Source: Spizellomyces punctatus DAOM BR117
Lineage: Eukaryota
Length of the DNA: 39,180 nucleotides
Assembly: GCA_000182565.2 (NCBI GenBank)
Contig: KQ257474.1
Direction: 5' to 3' (one strand)
Shown: positions 12,521 through 23,048 of the stretch, one piece after another
Layout of the letters: every line of letters starts with the position of its first letter
How positions within the stretch are numbered: the first letter of the stretch is position 1
The notes under the pieces: model-generated
Told to the model about the DNA's origin: nothing
Seen by the model: the letters and a program-made list of their open reading frames with translations, nothing else
Databases searched by the model: none
Made by a program: the position numbers and the translations under genes

Positions 12521-12698
12521 TGCAAACTGCCTGACAATCTTCAGAACTTTGAGGGAGTGGGAAGCGAACTGGTTTAAACGTGATCGTGTCCACTTGTTCG
12601 GACATTCGGACATGAATGTAAAAGTCCTGAAACACCGACCAAGTACTCAGTTCAGCCCATCTAAACGTTTTATTATCACCAAGACTTTTTTTTGCAAT
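12521..12698. promoter_or_regulatory. Putative bidirectional promoter between DHFR and the R2-like gene (178 bp between start codons)
   Basis: Divergent ATGs at 12520 (-) and 12699 (+); tandem TTCGGACA x2 at ~12597-12612. Confidence 0.55.
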
Positions 12699-13994
12699 AT
12701 GTTGACAGCCGAGAGCTCAGAAAGCTTTAATAAGCTAAACTTGGACGAAAACTGGGACCAAACGGATACGTCGTCGGATCTACCCGAAGAACCTATTCTG
12801 GTCCCCAACCCAAAGCGTTTTGTTCTGTTTCCAGTCCAGTTTCATGAGGTTCGTCCCATATTTGCTTTTGTGCTCATCTCCTGCCTATCTAAATAACGCA
12901 ATCTGCAGGTGTGGCAGGCCTACAAAATTGCCGAGTCGAGGTTCTGGACTGCAGAGGATGTCGAGCTGTCAGAGGACGTACAGGCGTGGAGCAGTATGTC
13001 TGGAAAGGAGCGAGCATTCATTATGCATGCTGTCGGAATGATAGCCGGCAATGATGCGATGATTGGAGAGACTGTGGACTCAAAATTGAGCGACGACGTT
13101 CAGATACCGGAAGCCAGATGGTACCTTCAGAATCGGACCACATCGAATGACGCTTGTATATTGACCAGTTCATGCATAGCTTTTTCGGGTTTCAAATGAT
13201 GCAGAGGAACATTCATGCAGAATTGTTCACAGTTGTAATGGATATCTACTGCAAACCAGCGGAAAGAGACTATGTGTTTGACGGCCTGAAGCAGTGTAAG
13301 ACACGTCCTCGAGCAAAAGGATGAATGATAACTTCTTAAACATTCGCTTTTACTAGTACCCAGTATCAGCAAAAAGACAGCGTGGGTCCAGCGGCATATA
13401 ACGGATTCAAGCGAACATTTCTCTGTTCGCCTTGCTGCCCTGGCCATTTACAATGCAGTGTTTCAGTCTACCGTCATCGCCTGTCTTCTTTATTTGGCGG
13501 CACCGAACCGTCCTGCAGCTAGCTCAACCACGCGAACCGCGCCTTACCTTCCTGGTCTTATTCGCGGTCTAGCTCGGCTCAATCGGGATAATGAGACCTA
13601 TTATCGATTTTGCAACCTTCTCGGCAGCATTTTGGTGAACCGTCCTCCGACAAGCATTATCCATATGATGGCTAATGAAGCGGCAGAAATAGAGAAGCAA
13701 GTCTTTGCGGATATCCTGAGCATCTGTGGTGGCACTATCACTTTGCTTGGTCATCCCATCGAGGCGGCGCAAATTGAACAGCGGATACGATATGTGACGG
13801 ATAAAAGTTTGGTGGGCATGGGCTTTTCGAAACTCTATAAAGTAGAGAATCCGCTGCCGTGGATGGACGAGGTTTTGGCAACTGAAACCGGTGACGAAGC
13901 ACCAACGCAGAAACAGCCACCGTCAGGGAGCTCCAATGGAGGTGGGCAGCAAATGACTTCTGACGAAGGGTTTACAATCGATGCCGACTTTTGA
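12699..13994 (+). CDS. Ribonucleotide reductase small-subunit (R2) homologue with degenerate di-iron/radical site (4 exons)
   Basis: [43 protein letters not shown]...EARCFFGFQMMQRNIHAELF...KVENPLPWM...FTIDADF*. Three in-phase GT-AG introns and no premature stop in the spliced frame. Confidence 0.92.
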
Positions 13995-14166
13995 GGACAC
14001 GGGGTATTGTTTGTATGCAGATTATTTATTGGTGTTAAATAGCTACGTATGTCAATCGATGGCATGCTATATTACAGGGATTCTGTGGGCCACGTTTGAT
14101 GGAATGAGGTATTCGAGCTAATGCAGTACTGGCGAACATGTTGATCTATGTCTGCCTAGCTAGAAC

Positions 14167-15618
14167 TTATTCTTCATCCACAATGTACGTGTCGTATATC
14201 AGCCGCTGAACGAATGACGGCGGATGGGTTCCACTGCAGGCTGTGGTCAGAGAAACGTTTCGTAGAAATAGTTATGCAATTGTGTACACTTACACATTCG
14301 TGATGAAAAGTGAGACGTCTTCTGGTCCCACATAGTCAAAGTGGGGATTCACTATATCGACGCTATCAATGATATCGCCTAAACGGTACTTGAGTGAATC
14401 GCCATTAAATATCAGGGCGCGTTCAAGCAGAAGGGCATTACCCGCTTCAAAGCTGTATACTGCGTCTGGGTTGATGCACAGGTTGAAAATGTCCGTGTCA
14501 TAAGGATAGGATGGAGATAGCTTATGTAGGCCAGTGCATACTACAATCGGGGTTGAGTACTCCTTTGCGGCGGCAGCAACAAGCTGGCTGCCGCAAACGG
14601 CCACCACACCGCCATTTGCGGTAACTGGCAAGAGATTCAATGCCAAGTTTGAGAATTTCGAACGTTATAGACATACCTGCGTGTGCCCCCAAAATCACCT
14701 TGTTGACGCGCGACATGACTGCGAAGATTGCTGTATCTGTGATGACTGTCGTGTCAATGCCCGCAGATGACAAGGCGAGAGCCATTTCGTGTCCTTGATA
14801 GCTGAATGAGGATTGAGATACGTCGTCCGCGGTTCATCTTTCAACCCTTCCCAATCCAGAACTTACGACGGCGCTGTTTCTGCTACAATGACCTGGAACT
14901 CTCGCACCTGCGCTGCCACCTTCAGAAAGTGCTCGACCGTCTTTGACCTTCCCACAGTCAGAATGATCTCCCTGTTGTCAGCGTACTTGGTTTCAGTGAA
15001 AGGTTCATAAACTCTTGAAAACAGATCATACGGACTTGGAGTGTATATGCTCCCATGCTTGATTTGATATATTCGTTGACGTATTCTCGAGTTCGTCAAT
15101 CATCTCTTCTATGCTCTGTTTAACGTCGGCAACAAAGTTCCGTCGGCGTTCTCCAAAGTCATCAGACTCCGACGTGGTTTCGGCAGTTTCCGCAGCATCA
15201 CTGGCTTCAGTTTCGACGTTATGTTCTTCTTTAATCAAATGCAGTACTCGCTTGACCATATTGCCCACAGCAAGCTCTAAAGACAGAGATATATCAGCCA
15301 TTCTCGCCATATATCTCAGGATTTGGTAGTCGCTCGACAAACCTATGGGCTGGGCACCTTCTAACCGACTCCCTACTTCTTTTACCAAGGCCGATAGCTG
15401 TTCCACATCATTGCACCGACTTGCCGCCACCACATTTCGTAGCAAGCGGGACGTTGCTATCGCCACATTATAGGAACCTACAATCTGCCTATACGCCAGC
15501 AAAAGAGGTCATGAAGTTAAGGACGCTTGATTACTTGTTGGGCACTAACGTGCGGTCCTCACCTTCTTCGCAATTTCGCTACAAGCGAGTCGATCTGGTA
15601 ATTTATCTCCTTCAACAT
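14167..15618 (-). CDS. GCD7: Translation initiation factor eIF2B beta subunit (multi-exon)
   Basis: [97 protein letters not shown]. Confidence 0.93.
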
Positions 15619-16387
15619 TTTTTACGAATCTCAGCTCACGAGATCTGAAAACGGAAACGGTGCCAATTTCGTTGTGTCGAGCGAATTTTATGACCGACCG
15701 TCGGGTGTTTACAGCCAGGGTGCTCGCCTTCAAGCTTTGCCCTTGTTCCAAACCTGGTCCCGTCGCCTTTGCAATTTGTGAAATTTCGCAACGTCGTCGT
15801 CGGTCGCAAAAAGTTGAGGCCAACGATCGGTGACTCATTCACGCGCGTGTTCCTTTCTGCACTCGTCGACAGTCGACCGCGGGTGAGAAAAGAGGCCTAC
15901 CAGTCGGGAAAGAAGGGGCGGGAGCAACGGCGTCAAGACGGATAAAGAACACTCTGCAGGAGGGACGGACGCAGCGACATACGTTTGCATACCATTGAAA
16001 CAAAGAAAGCGGATAGCCCTTGATTTTGCTCACCGACAACCATTGACGACTATTCGTGACCCTTGGCGATCTCTCTTGTGCCGTTATCGACAGTCGCCGG
16101 TCTCAGCTTCTCGAACTTTAAAGAGCAGCTGCTTGTGATAGGTCTCCAGTTCTACATTTCCTGTCATTGCAAACTGTCAAATGTTTGGATCTCAATTTGA
16201 TATACTCGTGCGCCCGACCAAGTTCTAAAGCGTGGTTTTTTAGTTCAGTGCGGGGACGTCAATTTAGGGCCATCGGTGCTGCAGAATCAACCACTATCCC
16301 TTCCTTATTGCTATCACGGCTGTTGGAACATAGAGCGCGGTCGTTTTCTCCCGAGGGGATTCGACTGTTCACGGTGCCCTGAATCTT

Positions 16388-19300
16388 ATGGCTCACCATG
16401 GTATTGAACCCGGAGCAGCTGGTGAAGAATTCAAGAAATTGGAATCTGTAAGCTCTTTGATTTATTTCTGCTAAAAAGTTACGATTCTTCATGATCCGAT
16501 TACAACGCCTTTGCAGGTGGACATCACAAACATTCGTATTCAAAAGGAAGAGACTAAGGAAAGGCGAATAGCGTATGCGAGATGGCTACCTAACTGAAAG
16601 ATGTAAAATCAAATGCAAGCTAATGCATAATAATTTCACCTATATAGAGAAATATTGTCACGGCGCCATGAACTATTAAAGGAGCTTTTCATACGGCGAA
16701 GCATCTTGAACGAAACCGAAGCCATCTTACGGGAATTGTCAAATCTTCCTTTGGATGAGGCCGAATTTGCGGAATTCCAAAAGGAGTATAATTTATCGAG
16801 GTATAGTATCTTCCGCCCCGTTCGTGGCTTGAACGCTGGTTGCAGCATGGTTCTCAAATGTTGAATCTCTTTCAGAGACCAAGTAAGGATGGCAGATATG
16901 TCAATAAGTACCGCAAGTCTTAAATGTATTCTCATTAGCTTACGAGAAGAGAAGACGGAACAGTGGCTGAAGGTCAAGGTGGGTCTCAGAAAACGGGCGA
17001 TATCAGCAGAAACCGTCGATGGGATGTCGTGCTGACCGCCTGTCATGTACCAGAGGAACTTCCCGGGTACGACCAAGGTGATAGACGCGGCAGCGGTGCC
17101 GCAGAAGAAGGTAGTGCTTCGGACGAGAAGCCTCCAACAGATCCAGGGTCTGCGCACGTGGATCGCCGGCGCTTCCTTCCGCCGGTTGAGAGAATGGTGA
17201 CCAGGGGCATATCTGCCAAGAAACTAGCTCTTAGCCCGGAGGTAAATTTCTGGCGACCTGAACCTCCTACTTATCCAAAAAATGAACTCTCGATAAGGCT
17301 TCAACAGGTCCTTCGGCGATTTCTCCGCATGTGGCCACACCAACAACAGCTCCTGCAACGCCCAGTCCCAGCGCCTCTACTGCGCGACGTAGAAGTTCAA
17401 CATCTCATCGCATCGCCAATTCCCCAGTCACACCAATCAACGTCACCTCTACAAAGGCCAATCGTCCAAAGCTGTTATTAAGAGACGCGAAAAGTCAACC
17501 TGGGAGACGACCCGCAGCAGGGGGTAGCGGTACTCGTCAAGAAGCAGATACGCAGATCGAAGGCTACCGATGGTACGAATGGCAGCTACGAGTGCAGTCG
17601 AATCCGATTTCAGGGTTGCTGCCGACGGCCACAAAGTCGATGACCACAAGAGACTGGCAGGTTGGTGCAACGCATAAGCGTGGATTTATCGAAATCTAGC
17701 ACGTCGCATGAAATTAACTGCTCCGCTCTAGGCCGCAAGAACTGAAGTGCAGCAGATGAAATTGCTCCAAAAGGTCGATCTGCTCAAAGAGAAGAATCTT
17801 TGGAGTTTCAGGCAGTTGAAACCTCACGTTGCACCTCCACGTCCAAAGACGCACTGGGATGTTCTCTTGGATGAAATGGTATGTCGTTTGGCTCGAAGTC
17901 TGGCTGGTCCGTATGTCATGCTAACTATTTTTATAAGAAATGGATGCGTGTCGACTTTCGCCAAGAGCGTAGATGGAAGATTGCTACTGCATGCAACATG
18001 GCTCATTGGGTCCTTGAGTGGCACGAAGCTACCGACAAGTCGACATTGTGCGTTCCGGTGAGTTGGTGGTTGACAACTCCCGCATCGATTCGCCAATACC
18101 CATAAATTGAATCATCTTAGCGTCGAATGCCCAAGGACAGAACTAAACAGGAAGACCCACCGGGCGATGACCCAATGTGAGTGCCAAATGGTTACATGCA
18201 TCCGATATCTATTCTTCAAATCACTGAGGCTACTGGCGTGATAGGGACGTTTCGACAAATCAGGACGAGGATAAGACACGACCTGGTAAATTTTTGGTTC
18301 AGTGACATTGTTTTATGTATTATGCTTATACATTTCCTGAAAGACTTGTCGCTGAACACTGAGCAAGTCCATGACCATCACGGAGAACAAAAAGAGCTGC
18401 AGTCAACGGACCGGGAAGAAACCCCTTTACCTGCCGACATTGAGCATCCGGAAGGCGAAGAGCCGCTACCATCTCTTTTTATGGATATAGATACGTCCAC
18501 CTATCTGATTTACGATGGAACGAACGGGCAAACGCTAGATATTCCGGTGTACACCCCTCTCACGGTTGATGCTGACGAACTCTACATCGACGAGAATCAG
18601 CATGAGACTGTAGTGCCTGTTTCTGAGTTGATTACAGCGAGAACTATGGTGAAGGACTATGGAGATAACCAGCAAGAGGAATTCACACCCCAACTAACCG
18701 ACCAGCAACGCTATGACAACGCAAGACTCGTCTCTCGTAAGTCTAGTAGTGCACCTTTCACCGTTTTGTATGACATTCTCTGATATTTTCTACCGCATCT
18801 AGCAATTTTCAGTAGAATGTCTGAGCAGCATGAGGATTCGTCAATACCACCACCCCGAATACAGCCCACCAAGACCGAAACACCGAAAACCACGCAGCAT
18901 TGGACGAAGGAGGAAGATGATATCCTTATTTCACTTGCACTCAGCTATCAATATAACTGGACCATCGTCAGCGACATGCTGCACTCCCGTCAAGTTCCAG
19001 GAATTCGATGGCGACGCAGCGAGTGGGAGTGTTATAGTCGCTTCAAGGAACTTGGCCCTGCACGGACTGTGGACCGAAGCATATCAGGTGCAGGATCGTC
19101 TGCGTCACTTGCAACTCCAAGACCAAAGAGTGGTAGTCCACGTGAACTTTCTGCTCAAGCGGAAGCTTCGGAAGCCAGAATTCAAAAGCACCTGACCACG
19201 TTTGAAACTATTAGAAGACTAAGTAGAAACAAAGACAAGTACAAACCGCCTGGAGGTGAGAGCAAGAGTCTACGTGCTACAGTAAAAATGGAGAATCCGA

Positions 19301-20137
19301 AGGTTGACTGTGTCGTATTGCTAAATAGATCGCAAGCCGCCGGCAAAGATTATCCTCACCACACACGAGACACATTATCAATCGCAAGCAGGTGCAGGAA
19401 TAGATCCCGCAGGACCTCCTCTGACGCCGACAGAGCTTGCTATAATGCGGAGAGAGAGGGCATTACGTCAGGCTCAGGAGCATGGACGACATATGTATGG
19501 TGGACACACACGAGCGGTACATATGAATATTGGGCTGTCTTTGAGGTTTTGGAACGTGTACTCAACCAGATGTCGCATGTGTTGCAGGGCATGATGCTCG
19601 GGCGACCGATGCCAGCTGGCGGCGGTGCTCTGCCACATCCATACGCTCAGTACAGAACTGTTGCTCGACCGCCCACCACCGCGAACAGTATCCAAGGATC
19701 ACCGGTCCCCGCTGGCCAAGCTCTTCCTCATACCCCAAACAACTCTCAGCATCCCGCGATACGACCTCCAGCAACGCCAGTGCTACCCGGACAAATACCG
19801 CCGCAAAGTCCGTCTCCCATGGTCAGATTGAATGGTACTGCACCTGCCATGACGCAGGAGCAGTACATGCGGGCGATGCTTGCACGGCAGCAAATGATGG
19901 CCTCCCCTCAGCAAAGGCATTTGGTGTCACCTCAGCCAGGGCAGTCGAGTAAGACTCACACTCATCCTGTAAGGTCCTTTCGATCGCGTATTAATAGTAT
20001 TCCGTTTGCAGCTTCTGTGCCGCAAGTCGGTGATGCTGTGGTAGTGTCTACTTCCGGACCGGTGCCAAACATTGGTTTGCAGAACGCTTCTGTACCCACC
20101 ATTAACCAACGAATGCAGATGGTCAGGCAGCTCCAAT

Positions 20138-20189
<52 letters not shown>

Positions 20190-20723
20190 ACAACAACAAC
20201 AGCAGCAGCAACAGCAACAAACACAACAGTCACCTCAGCTACAGCAACTGCAATTGCATCAGCAGCAGCAACAACAACAGCAGCAGTCTCCTCCCCAGCC
20301 GCAACGTCTGCAGATCCCCGCTGACACACATGCACATACGGCCGCTGCATTTGTGGCTCTGCAGAACGCTCAGCAGGCAGCGAAAATGGGCCAGGTAGTT
20401 TTACCTTGAAAAGCACAGAATCAGTCGATGCTAGATTATAGTTAATAATCATTTATCACCACCTGCAGATGCCAGAGATGATGCAGCAACAGCGCCAACT
20501 CCACCAAGCACGGCAGCAGCAGGCTCTTCTCATGGGCGCTACCTCGGCCACAAGTCCACTCATGGCTGTTTCCACTCCGCGGATACCTACGGTTCCTGCA
20601 GATGCTGCGGCACTGGGCATATCACCATCCCAACAGCAACTACAGCAAAAGCAGGCCACGCAATCACCCCAGACCTCACAGGTTCAGCCAGAGGCGTCGT
20701 CGGCTCCAGGGTCGTCGACGTAG
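16388..20723 (+). CDS. EAF1: NuA4 scaffold Eaf1/Vid21 (HSA + SANT/Myb, Q-rich tail; multi-exon)
   Basis: KSMTTRDW; LKEKNLWSFRQLKPHVAPPRPKTHWDVLLDEM|KWMRVDFRQERRWKIATA (HSA); WTKEEDDILISLALSYQYNWTIVSD...RRSEWECYSRF (SANT); HETHYQS. Confidence 0.88.
20140..20286 (+). repeat. CAG/CAA trinucleotide tract encoding polyQ in EAF1
   Basis: 27 consecutive CAG/CAA codons at 20140-20220, followed by a second shorter Q run ending ~20286. Confidence 0.95.
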
Positions 20724-21260
20724 CACGAAGCGCCAGCTACCCTATAAAAAGCTTGCTTTTTGTGGTTGGAGTATGAGATTTTGGTAATCCGATGGGGATC
20801 AACTATACTTTGATAACTGTATTACACAATATATTTGTAAATTGGAATGGATAGTTACGTTTGAGTTTGGAATATGCAATATGCTGACAACAGCAGCGTG
20901 GCATTACTGCTGCCAGACACACCGCATATCAGACGCGGAAAGTATGGGACAAGTCTGTCAACAAACCAAGAGGCTACTGTTATAATGAACAACCGAACAG
21001 GGGAAAAAGAGAAAAGAATCCTACAACCGAGCACTTCCTACCGTGATGATTGCACGGAGTAAATAAGCCCCGCCCCAAATTGCATAGAGGGTACACATTG
21101 GACACAAAACAATGATGCAACCTTGTTGACGGCCCAGGACTAGACCCCACCCAACCCATCTTATTCACTATATAAAAGAACGAAACATCTGCGAGTTCCA
21201 GTGGTCATATAAATCAGACATTTTGCGCAACTGCTTGTGCCTATGGGATGAACCTTCACC

Positions 21261-22587
21261 TTATTTAGCCTCCTCCGGCTCATCAGCCTTTGCTTCCTCA
21301 GTCTTGTCACCTTCAGCTACGACTTAATGTTAGTAAAAAGCGTCCAAGAACACCGCAAGTCTCCAGCATTTTACTCACCGTCCTGAAGGTCTGAAGTCCA
21401 CAATGTCAAGTTGTCCCTCAGCAGTTGCATGATCAATGTGGAGTCCTTGTAGGACTCTTCGCTGAGCGTGTCCAACTCAGCAATTGCATCGTCGAAGGCC
21501 TGCTTGGCGAGGTGGCAGGCACGATCGGGCGAATTCAAGATCTCGTAGTAGAATACAGAGAAGTTGAGAGCGAGACCGAGACGAATAGGGTGCGTCGGGG
21601 CGAGTTCCGTCTGTGCAATATCCGTGGCAGCCTTGTACGCGTCGTGGGCGTGAGACGCAGCCTCCTTCCGCTTCTCGCCTGTGGCGAATTCGGCGAGGTA
21701 ACGGTGGTAATCTCCCTTCCTGAATAGTGAAAAATGATGTATGGTTAGCAAAATATTTTAGGTGTTTCACGAGGTATCGCACGGAATTCACGCACATCTT
21801 GTAGTAGAAGACCTTGGACTCTCCAGCTTCGGCAGCAGGGATCAAGTGCTCGTCGAGGACGTTGAGGATATCGGAGCAAACTTCGCTCAATTCAGTCTCG
21901 ATCTTGAGGCGGTAATCCTTGATCTTCTTAACCTGGCCCTCGTTACCCTTGCTTTCCTCCTTTTGTTCAATGGAGGAAACAATTCGCCACGACGCACGAC
22001 GAGCACCAATGACGTTCTTGTACGCAACGGACAACAAATTCCGTTCCTCAACAGTCAATTCCACACCAAGCTGTAAGTAAAATGATCAAACAAGACGTTA
22101 TTCGCAGCTCACGCATGAAAAATGGCTTTGCACGGCGTACCTTGGCAACTTCCTGTAATAATCATAGATGCAAACAAGAGCTTTATCCATTAGCACAGTC
22201 GACCGCAACGCGTGGTTACACGCCACGCCAGTGATACTTGCCTTCATGTAAGACACCATCTCTACATGATGAGAAATTCAAAAAAAAAAACCTTGTCAGC
22301 AAAAACAATACATGGGGAAACAACAGCAATTGCTTGCCGCAGTCGCGAGCGTACGACAAAACACGACGTTTGCGCACAGCATTGCGAAATCTCAAGTTCA
22401 TCAAGCTTACCATCGTATCTCTCTGCCTGCTCGGCGAGCTTAGCCATGTAGACTTGGTCCTCCCGTCCTCCTATGAACAGAAAGCACTCTAGTCAGCACC
22501 GACATGCAAACGTCACGGTCAAACACCTTTTTTTTTCGCATCAGACGCGTTCCCATCGTCGCGATGAACCGTACCTTTTTCGGCCAT
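21261..22587 (-). CDS. 14-3-3 protein (BMH/Rad24 type, 7 coding exons)
   Basis: [65 protein letters not shown]...[21 protein letters not shown]. Confidence 0.98.
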
Positions 22588-23048
22588 TTCGAGTCTGTCT
22601 TGTTCTGTAAGGGTGGGTAGTTGAAAGAGATTTCAATGGGGAGCTGTGTGTATGTCAGATACGACAAAGGTGAGCGTCCAAGTAAAAATGCGATTCGTTT
22701 GAGCGTATGTGTTTTTGTGAAATGGAGATGATGCGCACTTATGAAAAACAGCAAATCTCGGGCGTAAAAAAAAAACGAACGGTTGCAAAAGGATGGAACA
22801 GGATGGGGGGGGGAGAGAGAAGGGGGGGGGGGAATTCAAGCGGTTGAAAGTCTCTCAGCCACTTGACCCAATTAGGAAAGTCCATTTCGCGTTTTCTTTT
22901 TCACTCCGACATTTGGCCCACAATGACAATATGACAATATGGACCAATCAAATGATTAGAAGTTGTAAACATTCATCATGTGATCATAATCGCGTGTCAT
23001 TTGATAAGGATTCTAGAAGATTCCAAATGTACAAGGCTTTCGGACATT

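Noticed and set aside
12699-13994. R2 homologue as a classical pseudogene or a class Ic/Ie enzyme
   Set aside because: No stops or frameshifts, splice sites intact, and loss is focused on catalytic residues. The ligand and Tyr pattern fits neither class Ic nor class Ie.
19927-20452. Poly-Leu, poly-Ala/Val and poly-Ser/Asn ORFs
   Set aside because: Alternative-frame shadows of the EAF1 CAG/CAA tract; polyQ is ordinary in Eaf1/p400-type proteins.
22801-22832. Long G runs upstream of 14-3-3 as a G-quadruplex
   Set aside because: Equally explained as a pyrimidine-rich promoter tract on the coding strand; homopolymer lengths are unreliable here.
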